Origin: an uncultured delta proteobacterium
GTDB taxonomy: Bacteria; Myxococcota_A; Polyangia; Polyangiales; Polyangiaceae
Reading direction: 5' to 3'
Assembly: GCA_963811985.1 (NCBI GenBank)
Contig: CAWEUH010000059.1
Location: 21,989 to 85,988, forward strand
Length of the DNA: 64,000 nucleotides
A program made the position numbers and the translations under genes. Shown piece after piece: positions 49,244 through 58,334 of the stretch. Under the pieces are notes generated by a model, which did not search any database, had not been told where the DNA came from, and saw only the letters and a list, made by a program, of their open reading frames with translations. Numbering within the stretch: the stretch's first letter is position 1; each line of letters begins with the position of its first letter.

Positions 49244-51049
49244 CTACGGAAACTGTACCAGCACCGGGACCCAACTTTCCACCGTTGAATTGTCGCCCAG
49301 CTGTCCGTAAGTGTTGTCACCCCAACATTGCACACCGCCGTGGACCAGCGCGCAGGCGTGCGTATTGCCTGCTGCGACGGCTGTCACACCAGAGGACAGG
49401 CCTTGGACCTGCACCGGCACTGAACTGTTTACGTTGCTGTTGTCACCCAGCTGACCGTTGGTGTTGTAGCCCCAGCATTGCGCTCCGCCGTTGACTAGCG
49501 CGCACGTTTCGGCACTACAGGCGGCAATGGCTGTCACGCCAGAAGTCAGACCCCAAACTTGAGTCGGAACCATTCTGTTTATCGTTGAATAGTCGCCTAG
49601 CTGACCGAAATCGTTTAGCCCCCAGCATTGCAGATCACCATTCGCTATTGCGCACGCCACGAAATAGCCGACAGCGATGGCCGAGACACCTGACGTGAGG
49701 CCCTGGACCTGAACCGGTACCATACTGATGGTTGTACTGTTGTTTCCGAGTTGGCCCATGTCGTTGTCGCCCCAGCATTGGACGCCGCCGTTGACGATTG
49801 CGCAAGTATTGAAGTACCCGGCCGAGATCGCGGTTACGCCTGAGGTGAGACCTTGGACCTGGACTGGTACCATACTGCCGTGCGTACTGTTGATGCCGAG
49901 CACACCATAACCGTTAAAGCCCCAGCATTGAGCGCTGCCGTTCACCAGTGCACACGTATGGTAAGCACCCGCCGCCAAGGCCGTCACCCTCGAGGAGAGG
50001 CCTTCTGCCTGAACCGGCACCAAGCTGTCGAGCGTACTGTTATTGCCGAGCTGACCGTTACCGTTACCCCCCCAGCACTGCACTCCACCGTTTGCCAACG
50101 CGCACGAGTGCGTGTAGCCAGTAGCGACAGCCGTCACTGAGGAGAGGCCTTTTACCTGAACCGGCACCAAGCTGTCGAGTGTACTGTTGTTGCCGAGCTG
50201 ACCGTACTGATTGTACCCCCAACATTGCACGCCGGATTCGAGCAAGGCACAACTGTGGTCACCCCCGCAGGCCAGGGCAGCTACGCAGCGCGCCGTTGGT
50301 ACGTCAGACCAACTGCTCAGCGAGAGGGCGGGCTGGCAGCTCTGGCAGGGATTGTTCGGGTTGGCAGCTCCAGCAATGTAGGCGACCCCGGCAATCGTGC
50401 AGATGGGCGAAATCGCAGACGTACCCCCTGCGCTGGTGGTACCGCCAGCCAAAGTGGCGCCGCCTGTTGACGGCATCCCCGCCGTGCCCCCTACGGCCGC
50501 ACTACCTCCGGTCGTGCTGCCCGCGTTGCCCCCTGAAGGTGATGTTCCTCCCGTAGCCCCACCGGTTGATTGGGTGCTGCCATTAGGCTTGGTCCCACCC
50601 GTGGCGACCGTGCCTCCAGTCGTTAACGTTCCGCCTGTCGCAACAGTGCCTCCAGTCGCAGACGTTCCGCCTGTCGCAACCGTGCCTCCAGTTGCCGGCG
50701 TTCCGCCTGTGGGTCTGTTTCCACCTGTCGCAACAGTGCCGCCGGTCGCCGTCTTGCCGCCTGTGGGTCTGTTTCCACCTGTTGCAACAGTGCCGCCGGT
50801 CGCCGGCAAGCCGCCCAAGTTCGGGTACCCACCTGTGCTCGCAATACCACCGGTAGCCGAGCCGCCTGTGTTGCTGGTGCCCCACGTGGACACGGTTCCA
50901 CCCGTTGCCCGCAAGTCCCCGGTGCCTTCAGAACCTCCGACAGGTGCAACACCGCCCATGCCAAGGTCAAACACGTCAAGCTCAGAGCGTGCGCCGCAAG
51001 CCATTGACGACAGGATTGCACAGAGGAACCACAGTTTGTGCCTAAGCAT
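49244..51049 (-). CDS. secreted RCC1-repeat (seven-bladed beta-propeller) protein with an N-terminal Gly/Thr-rich linker
   Basis: Lipoprotein-like signal. Long ATGGT/TGG linker. At least 7 RCC1-like repeats (CALxNGGVQCWGxNxxGQLG...VPVQVQGL). Confidence 0.8.
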   Translation of the reverse strand: MLRHKLWFLCAILSSMACGARSELDVFDLGMGGVAPVGGSEGTGDLRATGGTVSTWGTSNTGGSATGGIASTGGYPNLGGLPATGGTVATGGNRPTGGKTATGGTVATGGNRPTGGTPATGGTVATGGTSATGGTVATGGTLTTGGTVATGGTKPNGSTQSTGGATGGTSPSGGNAGSTTGGSAAVGGTAGMPSTGGATLAGGTTSAGGTSAISPICTIAGVAYIAGAANPNNPCQSCQPALSLSSWSDVPTARCVAALACGGDHSCALLESGVQCWGYNQYGQLGNNSTLDSLVPVQVKGLSSVTAVATGYTHSCALANGGVQCWGGNGNGQLGNNSTLDSLVPVQAEGLSSRVTALAAGAYHTCALVNGSAQCWGFNGYGVLGINSTHGSMVPVQVQGLTSGVTAISAGYFNTCAIVNGGVQCWGDNDMGQLGNNSTTISMVPVQVQGLTSGVSAIAVGYFVACAIANGDLQCWGLNDFGQLGDYSTINRMVPTQVWGLTSGVTAIAACSAETCALVNGGAQCWGYNTNGQLGDNSNVNSSVPVQVQGLSSGVTAVAAGNTHACALVHGGVQCWGDNTYGQLGDNSTVESWVPVLVQFP

Positions 51050-51068
51050 GGGACTGCCCGATTATACA

Positions 51069-51182
51069 CCACACAACCCTCCACGCCCGCCCCGCACCAC
51101 TCCCCGCGCGACCCTTTGACCCTGCCCCCTGCACACTGCACCTCGATCTCCAGTCGCGCAGGGAACCTGCAGTGCCGTCGCG
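51069..51182. repeat. copy 1 of a ~115-bp C-rich repeat (CACCACAC(A/G)ACCCTCC...TGCACACTGCAC...AGTCGCGCAG...TGCAGTGCCGT); copy 2 is at 55557..55668
   Basis: ~75% identity over ~115 bp by manual alignment. Copy 1 lies just upstream of the RCC1 gene start. Copy 2 lies just downstream of the beta-helix gene stop. Confidence 0.45.
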
Positions 51183-51541
51183 CCAAGAACGAGCGATGGG
51201 AAGAGTCGCCGCGGCGGGGGCCCGTGGGACTTGGCAAGCGTCATGGCTGCTTCTCGCCGAGCTGACCCGAGTTCGAGAACTCAAACAGATAAGGTGGCTG
51301 CTTTCGCCGGAAACCCGGAGGCGTTGGAAGCGAGAGGAAGGTAGAACTTGCGCTCGTCGGTGACTTACTGGGGCTGCAAGCTGTGCGCAGTCCGTTAGGC
51401 GCACCAGCGAGACCGTGTCGTTGATGCTCTGTAGAGGAGATGAGGCGCACGGACCTACGCCATCCGCTGATAATTCGGCCAGATGTCGGCCTCGTGCCCA
51501 CAGACCCTTGCCATCAGAAACCATTATGGTACTTTTCTGGT

Positions 51542-51814
51542 GTGACTCGCACAGCCCTCGCCCAGGACAGTACCGTTGCTCGGACAATTCGCTTCCCCTC
51601 TGGTCTTCGCGAGCGTATCGCAAGCGATGCCGACCGGTGTGGGCGTAGTTTCGAAGGTCAGGTGTTGGCTCTGCTACGGCGTCACTACGGAGAAGATGTC
51701 GATATAGCGCCAAGCCCGCAGGATGTTCTGGCGCTGGCGACTGCGAGTCTTGCTGATATTCCGGCCGCAGATGCCCGGACACTTTCCCGCCGACTCAAGG
51801 AAGTTAAAAAGTAG
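51542..51814 (+). CDS. vapB: ribbon-helix-helix (Arc/MetJ-type) antitoxin, VapB-like
   Basis: RTIRFPSGLRERIASDADRCGRSFEGQVLALLRRHYG is a canonical RHH N-terminus. It directly precedes the PIN toxin gene. The start is likely GTG at 51542. Confidence 0.7.
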   Translation: MTRTALAQDSTVARTIRFPSGLRERIASDADRCGRSFEGQVLALLRRHYGEDVDIAPSPQDVLALATASLADIPAADARTLSRRLKEVKK

Positions 51815-51823
51815 GCCGCCGTA

Positions 51824-52291
51824 ATGACCATCGGACCCGTTCTTCTGGATACCGATACGTTGTCGGAATTGAGTCGTGCAAACCCCGACGTGGCCGTTCA
51901 CGCTCGAGCGTACTTGCTCGAGTTCGGCCGACTTACCATCACTTCGATCACCGTTTTCGAGCGACTGCGTGGCTATCGCCAAGCATTGCGTGCGGGGAAG
52001 CCGTATCATAAGCAGATGCAAGCGTTTGAGGCGCTCGTCCAAACTTGCATTGTCCTGCCGTTTGACGAAGATGCCGCCGATGTGGCCTCAACTATCTGGT
52101 CCGCGTGCTCACGAAGCCAACGTCAGCGTTTAGGCGACATCCTTATTGCCTCTGTGGCCCTCGCACGGCAACTCCCCTTGGTCACGCGCAACCGGCGAGA
52201 CTTCGAAGCTCTGGGCACGGCATCCGATGTGGATCTTCGTCTGCTGGATTGGACGATCGCCGCCAAAACAACGGCGAAGCGAATTCAGTGA
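51824..52291 (+). CDS. vapC: PIN-domain toxin VapC
   Basis: Conserved PIN acidic residues (LLDTDTLSE..., ...FDEDAADV..., ...GDILIASVAL...TRNRRDFE). Confidence 0.85.
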   Translation: MTIGPVLLDTDTLSELSRANPDVAVHARAYLLEFGRLTITSITVFERLRGYRQALRAGKPYHKQMQAFEALVQTCIVLPFDEDAADVASTIWSACSRSQRQRLGDILIASVALARQLPLVTRNRRDFEALGTASDVDLRLLDWTIAAKTTAKRIQ

Positions 52292-52303
52292 GGGCGCCAT
52301 AAA

Positions 52304-52403
52304 GCGCTTGCAGTTGGCGGCTAGGCCTTCTTATGGGTCTGTCTCAGCGGCGGCAGTGGCTACGCCACAACTATACTGCCGCCGCTGGTTGCTGCGTTAT
52401 GAT
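52304..52403. repeat. copy A of a ~100-bp conserved element (second copy at 54947..55046), containing a 12-bp perfect inverted repeat AGCGGCGGCAGT / ACTGCCGCCGCT
   Basis: Shared blocks are CGCTTGCAGTTGGCGGCT, a ~41-nt variable segment of equal length, GGCAGTGGCT.CGC.ACAA.T.TACTGCCGCCGC and TGCGTTATGATG. In copy B the stem carries a U-G-compatible change. Confidence 0.5.
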
Positions 52404-52547
52404 GATATCCACTCGACAACCGAGGATCGCTACTTTGCGCTGGGACGCACGAACCCAGGGCGGCAATCGAGGTCAGAGTGTAGCGTGCAGTGGCGTCACC
52501 CGGTTCACTTCTGCAACGCCAAATTGGTCACCGTCAGGCTCGCCAAT

Positions 52548-52790
52548 TCACGGCTGCAACGTCGAATTGGTCACCGTAGCGCTCAGTGCATTGATCCCAA
52601 ATGCCGACCCAAGGTTCGTCACGCTCCCCTGTTGCAACTGAGTCCAATGTCCGCCCGTATTGCCGGTAATCGTCGTATCCCGAATCGTAATGGTGCCGGT
52701 CCAGTCGTTGCTGGTCATGAACACGCCGCCGCCGAAGGCGTTGGTGCCCGCAGCATTTCCGGTGCTTTGGTGCCCCCAGTGTGTGGGAGT
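52548..52790 (-). pseudogene. 3'-terminal fragment paralogous to the C-terminus of the beta-helix protein gene at 55674..57269
   Basis: It encodes ...SNDWTGTITIRDTTITGNTGGHWTQLQQGSVTNLGSAFGINALSATVTNSTLQP, near-identical to the last ~65 aa of the 55674 gene. It has no upstream N-terminal or central region. Confidence 0.6.
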
Positions 52791-53086
52791 TGATTGACGG
52801 CCGCGGGTGCTCGCTTCGCTGCGCGCCCGCGCGGCCCCCCAAATCTGTGCTCGCTCCGCTTTGCTCCGCTGCGCAGATGGGGGAGCCTCACCAACTTGGC
52901 GGCAATCTGCGAGTTTCGACCGGTCGAGCCGCATGTACCGATCTGCCACGCGAGCGGAGTTCTTCACGTGTGATTGTGCGAGGCAACTCGAGACCCAGCA
53001 AATCAGCCGGTCTCCGCTTGGCAGCGCAACCATCGCGCCATGCGCCGGCGAGGCACGATGGTCCCGGCTAGCGCCTGTCACGCTGC

Positions 53087-53545
53087 TTGCGCAATGGGTC
53101 GCGAAGCCCAGCTGATTTGCTGGGCCCCGGAGGTGCCAAGTCAGCTCAATCACGCAAACATTCGAAGACTCAAGCGCTCCTAGCCGAGCGTGCCTACGTT
53201 TTGCGGTGCAACCCTACCCGCTCGGAGCAGGTTCTCTGGCAAGAACTTCGCGCTAATCGGTTTGGAATTGCCTTTCGCCGGCAAGTGCCAATCGGCGGCA
53301 AGTACATTGCAGACTTCCTAGCCCCGTCAATCCGGCTGGTCATGGAAGTGGATGGCGGCGTTCATCGTCAGCGGCGTATTGCTGACGCCAGGCGTGATAG
53401 GAATATGAGGCGCCTGGGGTATTATGTCCTTCGTTTGGATGCGGAGGTTGTGCTCCGGAATTTGCCCGTTGCGGTCGAAATTGTTCGGGTGGCTGCCGCA
53501 GGGGCGGCACGGTCAGAACGGCTCGGCAATTGCCCGTCGCCGTGA
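53087..53545 (+). CDS. DUF559 domain protein (Vsr-like endonuclease fold)
   Basis: SEQVLWQELRANRFGIAFRRQVPIGGKYIADFLAPSIRLVMEVDGGVHRQ... is the DUF559 signature. Confidence 0.7.
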   Translation: MRNGSRSPADLLGPGGAKSAQSRKHSKTQALLAERAYVLRCNPTRSEQVLWQELRANRFGIAFRRQVPIGGKYIADFLAPSIRLVMEVDGGVHRQRRIADARRDRNMRRLGYYVLRLDAEVVLRNLPVAVEIVRVAAAGAARSERLGNCPSP

Positions 53546-53853
53546 CACAGCTCTACGGCATGAGGTCTTCGCGACTCGATGCGAACCACGCTCCCAACTG
53601 TGGCAGTTATTGCCTTATGCGGACCTGGATTTATCGAGATATGCCGCGATTGGGATCGGAGAATGTGCGAAGACATGGCACGGTGCGCGCGGCCAGTATT
53701 CGGATATACAGACCGGGGATTCTTGGGATAGGCTGATCGGGTCAATTACCAGTTGGGCAGACCGACGACTTGGACACAGTTCGACCTAGCACAACAGGGC
53801 CTAAGATTGCAATCTCGCAAGGCCAAACGCAGAGGAAACTGAAAGGGCTTTCG

Positions 53854-54212
53854 ATGTCAATCGGCGATAACGCTAAGGGCTTCCACGATGTGACCATAGT
53901 TGCAAGTAACGTTGACGAACTCCGTCGTTTCTACGGCGAGCTAGGATTCAGGCAAGTCGTCGATCGCGGTAATGACCTCGCCGTATTCCTCGTAGGTGCG
54001 AATGAGCTCGCTATTCATACTTCACCTACACGACCTACCAAGGCACTCGTGCTTTCTGTCCTCGTAGATGATCTGGAACCCATTCAACGCCAAGCCGCAG
54101 AACTTCGGGATCCAATTCGAAGGTCCCGCACCAACGCGACCTGGACTAATTGGAATCGCACTGCTCGATCCCAACGGAAACAAAATTGAGTTCCTGAAGC
54201 CCGACGCTAATT
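53854..54212 (+). CDS. VOC-family (glyoxalase/bleomycin-resistance fold) protein with an apparent 1-nt frameshift near 54103-54108
   Basis: The N-terminus is FHDVTIVASNVDELRRFYGELGF. The expected C-terminal motif ...GIALLDPNGNKIEFLKPDAN* is encoded in the +1 frame and ends at 54212. Confidence 0.65.
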
Positions 54213-54264
54213 GAATCCGCGTCCACGTGAGCCGCTTCATTGGGCGAACGATGGGACCAGCGCT

Positions 54265-54552
54265 CTATGCCGCAGAGTCGATGTTCTCGCGCACGATTCG
54301 CGGGTGACGTGCGGCGATGCGTAGCAAGGCTAGTCCAGGACCGTCCGGCTTCACCCTGTCCTGCTCCCAGTTGCGCAGGGTGTGAACACTGATACCGAGC
54401 GCCTCCGCGAATTGCTCCTGTGTCAGACAAATAAATCGTCGCAGCGCGGCTACATCGCCTGGCTCGAGGTTGCCCGCAATAATTCGCCTTCGTTGTGCTC
54501 GAGTCAGGGCTCGACTGAGTTCTTCTCGAGTTAGTTCTTCCCGGTCGTTCAT
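54265..54552 (-). CDS. brnA: BrnA-type antitoxin (HTH)
   Basis: MNDREELTREEL...LEPGDVAALRRFICLTQEQFAEALGISVHTLRNWEQDRVKPDGPGLALLRIAARHP. Overlaps the brnT stop by 4 nt. Confidence 0.8.
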   Translation of the reverse strand: MNDREELTREELSRALTRAQRRRIIAGNLEPGDVAALRRFICLTQEQFAEALGISVHTLRNWEQDRVKPDGPGLALLRIAARHPRIVRENIDSAA

Positions 54553-54839
54553 CGTAGACTCTCCACGTATTCGGCGTACAATTTCTCTTCGGTTTTGGTG
54601 GCCCACCAAGCGCTGATGATCCGTACGAGGTCGTCCGCGCGCTCCGTCCAGACAACCAATACCAACCCGCGCCTTATCGGTCCGATGGATTTGAACCTAT
54701 CCTCTGTCTCGCTGTGGTTGACGTCGTACACTTCCAAAACGGGTGCATCCGTGGTGAAAAGCTCGCTCGCTTCCTCGAAGGACACGTCGTGGAGGCGCCT
54801 GTTCCGCTCGGACTTCTCTGGGTCCCATTCGAAACGCAC
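54549..54839 (-). CDS. brnT: BrnT-type ribonuclease toxin (DUF497)
   Basis: MRFEWDPEKSERNRRLHDVSFEEASELF... is the DUF497/BrnT signature. Toxin-first BrnTA gene order. Confidence 0.85.
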   Translation of the reverse strand: MRFEWDPEKSERNRRLHDVSFEEASELFTTDAPVLEVYDVNHSETEDRFKSIGPIRRGLVLVVWTERADDLVRIISAWWATKTEEKLYAEYVESLR

Positions 54840-54946
54840 GCGTCATTATAAGCTATTAGCTTACATCGTCAAGTCACGCGGTGGACCGTGCCTACGGTTC
54901 CGGGAGAGCGCTCTTCCGAAGCTATGGCGCAGAGCCGCCCAACAAA

Positions 54947-55046
54947 CGCTTGCAGTTGGCGGCTTTGCCTGCTGGGGGGTCGTGGTCGTCGGTGGCAGTG
55001 GCTTCGCAACAATTGTACTGCCGCCGCCTGCTCTTGCGTTATGATG
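54947..55046. repeat. copy B of the ~100-bp conserved element (see 52304..52403)
   Basis: ~75% identical to copy A, with a conserved stem-loop and the conserved terminal TGCGTTATGATG. Confidence 0.5.
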
Positions 55047-55114
55047 GGTTTGGCCCGACTTGATGGGCCGCAACTGAGGCGCAAAGTCGTTATGCCTCTT
55101 TGCTGCCCCGGCCG

Positions 55115-55402
55115 TCACCGCTTACCCTCCACCAACCGCACCAAGGTGCCCGTGATGCGATTGACCCGATTGAGCGTCGAGCCGTCAAGCGCATGAACGT
55201 AACCAAAGGCCTGAGCCACCTCCAAACAGGAAAAACTCTCCCGCATGGAGCCAAGAGCGGAGTGGTAGCGGGCTGTGCGCAGCTCACCGCGGGAATACAT
55301 GCCTTCGGCCAAGTTCAAGGCGACGCTGCTGGAAGCGCGGCGCAGTTGCCGCCCGAGATCACGGTCACGACGCTCAACTTGAGCCAGCAAGGGCCGTAGC
55401 AC
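55115..55402 (-). CDS. four-helix-bundle protein (TIGR02436-like, '23S rRNA intervening-sequence protein' family)
   Basis: RQLRRASSSVALNLAEGMYSRGELRTARYHSALGSMRESFSCLEVAQAFGYV is characteristic of this family. Confidence 0.75.
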   Translation of the reverse strand: MLRPLLAQVERRDRDLGRQLRRASSSVALNLAEGMYSRGELRTARYHSALGSMRESFSCLEVAQAFGYVHALDGSTLNRVNRITGTLVRLVEGKR

Positions 55403-55467
55403 GCTGGTAGACTGGACAACGACGAGCAGAGGCAGGTCGCAAACTCGAAGTGACGACGAGAATTGTG

Positions 55468-55635
55468 GTCAGCGTGCAGAGTGCAGAGTGCAGCGTCAGG
55501 GTGGCACGGGTTGGGTGTTGTGGGGCGGGCATGGGGTGGAACGCGGGGCGTGACTCACCACACGACCCTCCCCACACAAGCCGCGCCACCCCCCACACGA
55601 CCCTCTGACGTTGCACACTGCACTCTGCACGCTGA
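55468..55635. repeat. large imperfect palindrome: 31-bp arms (55468-55498 and 55605-55635, 29/31 complementary) around a ~106-bp G-rich/C-rich spacer
   Basis: The left arm is TCAGCGTGCAGAGTGCAGAGTGCAGCGTCAG. The reverse complement of the right arm is TCAGCGTGCAGAGTGCAGTGTGCAACGTCAG. The right arm belongs to the 55557..55668 repeat copy. Confidence 0.5.
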
Positions 55636-55668
55636 TCTCAGTCGCGCAGCGACTTTGCAGTGCCGTTA
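55557..55668. repeat. copy 2 of the C-rich ~115-bp repeat (see 51069..51182)
   Basis: Manual alignment gives ~75% identity. Confidence 0.45.
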
Positions 55669-55673
55669 CCCGG

Positions 55674-57269
55674 CTACTTCTGCAATGTCGAGTTAACCAC
55701 GGTGGCACTTAGCGCATTGATCCCAAACGCGCTTCCAAGGTTCGTGACGCTGCCCTGTTGCAGTTGAGTCCAAGATCCGCCGGTGTTGCCCGTGATCGTC
55801 GTATCCCGAATCGTGATCGTGCCGGTCCAGTCGTTACTCGTCATGAACACGCCGCCGCCAAAGGCGTTGGTGCCCGCGGCGTTGCCAGTAATTGTGTCGC
55901 CACAAAGAATGATGTTTGTTGAGGAGCCGCCGTCTTGGTAAATGGCGCCGCCGTTGCCTCCGGAGCCGATTTCATTTTGGCCGTTGTTGATGACGGAGCA
56001 TTGCGTTGCGTCGTCGTTGTTGGCGTCATGCCCGGTGGCTTTGTTGTTTTGAAAGACACTGTTGTAGATGTCAAGTTCGGCGAAGAGGCCCCCGAGGGCA
56101 CCGGCGTTGGCGGCTTGGTTGCTGGTGAACGTGCTGCCGACAATGAGGGCACCGTGCTTGCTGCCAAGGATGTAGATGGCGCCGCCACCCGTGTCGGGCC
56201 CGAGAAGCGCGGCCTGGTTGTTCGAAAATGTGCAGTCGATGACCGTGAGGTTGCCATCGCGCATGTAAAGGGCTCCGCCCTCTCCGTCGTCGTAGCCTTG
56301 GGAGCACGGTGCGGGCGCCGTGGGAATCGCCTCTGTGGGCGTGGTCTTGCCGTTGACAAGCGTCAGATGTTGCAGGGTGACGCGTGTCTCGGTCGCCATG
56401 AAGTTGGCGCTGTTGTAGTTTAGAATCTGAACGCTCCCGCCGCCGTCGAGTGTGATCAAGTTGCCGCCGTCAATCACCGTGTTCTTGGTCGTCGGCAGAT
56501 TCATCGTCGCCGTTATTGCGATGGTTTTTGGTGCCGTGCCGCAGTTGAATGTGATGATGCCGCCCTTGGTCACGGCCGTGTTGAGCGAGCTGAATGTGCA
56601 ACTGTCCGCGGTTCCCGTACCAATCACAGACGTTGGGCTGGATACGTCAACCAGGGCGGCGCCTGCCGGCAAGGCAATCGAGCATTGGCCGGGGCTTGAA
56701 GAACCCGCCGTGCCGGTTGCGCCCCCTGTCGAAGACTTGCCTCCGGTCGTTTGAGTGCCGCCCGTCGCGTTCGCGCCCGCCGCCGCGGACTTGCCTCCGG
56801 TCGCTTGCGTGCCGCCCGTTGTATTCGCGCCCCCCGTCGCGGACTTGCCTCCAGTCGCATTCGCTCCGCCCGTCGATGGCTTGCCGCCCGCGGCATTAGC
56901 GCCACCGGTGCCAGACTTGGAGCCGCCGGTGGCATTAGCGCCGCCGGTGCCTGCGCCGCCTAGGCCTGCCTGGCCTCCAGTTGCCGCGTTGCCACCTGTG
57001 TCAGCGATCGAAGTCGTTGACGAGCTGCCACCCGTCGCTTCAGCGCCCCCTGTCGTACCTGACGAAGTCCCGCCCGTGTCGCCTGTGCTCGCGCCGCCCG
57101 TGTCACTGCCCACTGCGCTTGTGCCGCCCACTGCGCTTGTGCCGCCCACTGCGCTCGTTCCGCCCGCTGCGCCGGTGCCGGCGGGTGAGCCAGAACAGCC
57201 AGCCGTCAAGAGCAGTACTGCGAACGATACGGACCCGAGCTTTGGATGGACGGAGAGTGTGCTTTGCAT
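55674..57269 (-). CDS. secreted lipoprotein with a Gly/Thr/Ala-rich linker and a right-handed parallel beta-helix (pectate-lyase-like) domain
   Basis: Lipobox ...AVLLLTAGC. TGG/ATGG linker. Repeated NxxxGGxxxxxG and TITGN beta-helix rungs. Its C-terminus is duplicated at 52548..52790. Confidence 0.7.
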   Translation of the reverse strand: MQSTLSVHPKLGSVSFAVLLLTAGCSGSPAGTGAAGGTSAVGGTSAVGGTSAVGSDTGGASTGDTGGTSSGTTGGAEATGGSSSTTSIADTGGNAATGGQAGLGGAGTGGANATGGSKSGTGGANAAGGKPSTGGANATGGKSATGGANTTGGTQATGGKSAAAGANATGGTQTTGGKSSTGGATGTAGSSSPGQCSIALPAGAALVDVSSPTSVIGTGTADSCTFSSLNTAVTKGGIITFNCGTAPKTIAITATMNLPTTKNTVIDGGNLITLDGGGSVQILNYNSANFMATETRVTLQHLTLVNGKTTPTEAIPTAPAPCSQGYDDGEGGALYMRDGNLTVIDCTFSNNQAALLGPDTGGGAIYILGSKHGALIVGSTFTSNQAANAGALGGLFAELDIYNSVFQNNKATGHDANNDDATQCSVINNGQNEIGSGGNGGAIYQDGGSSTNIILCGDTITGNAAGTNAFGGGVFMTSNDWTGTITIRDTTITGNTGGSWTQLQQGSVTNLGSAFGINALSATVVNSTLQK

Positions 57270-57610
57270 GGTTCTCAAATGACCCCCCATCCGAGCAGAC
57301 GGCTCACTCAGGGCGCGTTCAGCCTGAAAAGCCCCGCGTTTCCGTGCCGCCGTGCCAAAAAGCAACCGGGGGCGCGCCACTGAAAACGATGTCGCACCGA
57401 GCCAGCACTTGGAATCGCTGGCATGGCCGGATGCGAATCGACGAGGTCGCGTCGATTTGGCGATCGGGCCTGCAGGGTTGCGGTTGATCGAATCCGTTGC
57501 GTCGCCACACGTGGCACTGACGTAATCGTTGATGCGGCGTTGAAGTATCGTATGTTCGCGCCGTGGCTAGCGACCCTAACGCACGAGACTTGTCGATCTC
57601 GAGACGAGCT

Positions 57611-57638
57611 ATGGATACGCGGTCGTTTGGGTTGGGGC
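57611..57638. repeat. second copy of the hairpin GGTCGTTTGGG-N6-CCCAAACGACC
   Basis: See 33585..33612. Intergenic, upstream of the Cys-rich lipoprotein gene. Confidence 0.55.
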
Positions 57639-57757
57639 CCAAACGACCAACGCAATCAAGAAAATCCCGGATCAACGTGCAGTCGCGCGAAATCCTTGGC
57701 AGTTTGGCACCTGTTTCGGGCACGCAGGCGGGTACAGGCTCAGACACAGCACGCACG

Positions 57758-58288
57758 GTCCGATTCAGACCGATCGTCGCGGTCGCGCTGATGGCTGCGA
57801 TCGGCGCGCTCGGGTTTGGTGGCTGCAGCAGCCACTCGGGGCCCTATTGTCAGGGTGGGCAGTACTGCGCCTGTGCCAACGGCGCCGAATGCTACCTTGG
57901 CTGCGAAGCAGACGGCTGCAACCTCGAGTGTTCGAACACGGCGCATGCTTGCGGAACCGTGTGCGGCAACCAATGCACCGCCGTGTGCCATGACACGAAT
58001 GATTGCAGCGCCTCGTGCGGCGATGGCTGTAACCTCGATTGCCACAATACGGCCTCGTGCGGTGCCCAGTGCGGCGCCAATTGCACGTACAGTTGCCACG
58101 ACACGACTCGCTGCGGTGTGCGCGTCGGCCCCGAGAGCACCGTCACCTGCGATCACTTGCCCACGTGCATCGTCGAATGCGCGGGCACCTGTACCGTGAC
58201 GTGCACGAACGTCGATAGTTGCTCGGTAACCTGCGCGTCCGGGGTCGCCGCCTCGGACAATGGTAATGGTACGTATGTGTGTAGCTAG
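57758..58288 (+). CDS. cysteine-rich repeat lipoprotein (Myxococcus-type cysteine-rich repeat)
   Basis: Lipobox ALGFGGCSS, then ~10 tandem repeats of C-x3-C-x3-C-x5-C type (CEADGCNLECSNTAHACGTVCGNQCTAVCHDTNDCSASCGDGC...). Confidence 0.65.
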   Translation, partial: VRFRPIVAVALMAAIGALGFGGCSSHSGPYCQGGQYCACANGAECYLGCEADGCNLECSNTAHACGTVCGNQCTAVCHDTNDCSASCGDGCNLDCHNTASCGAQCGANCTYSCHDTTRCGVRVGPESTVTCDHLPTCIVECAGTCTVTCTNVDSCSVTCASGVAASDNGNGTYVCS

Positions 58289-58334
58289 GAATTCTTTTTG
58301 GCCCCCGCCCTTGGATTTGCTTGGTCGCGTTGGC

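Noticed and set aside
52146-52793. 215-aa plus-strand ORF spanning the repeat element and the beta-helix gene fragment
   Set aside because: It runs antisense across a recognisable gene fragment. Only the ~45-aa portion over the repeat element shows between-copy conservation, and that is discussed as a finding.
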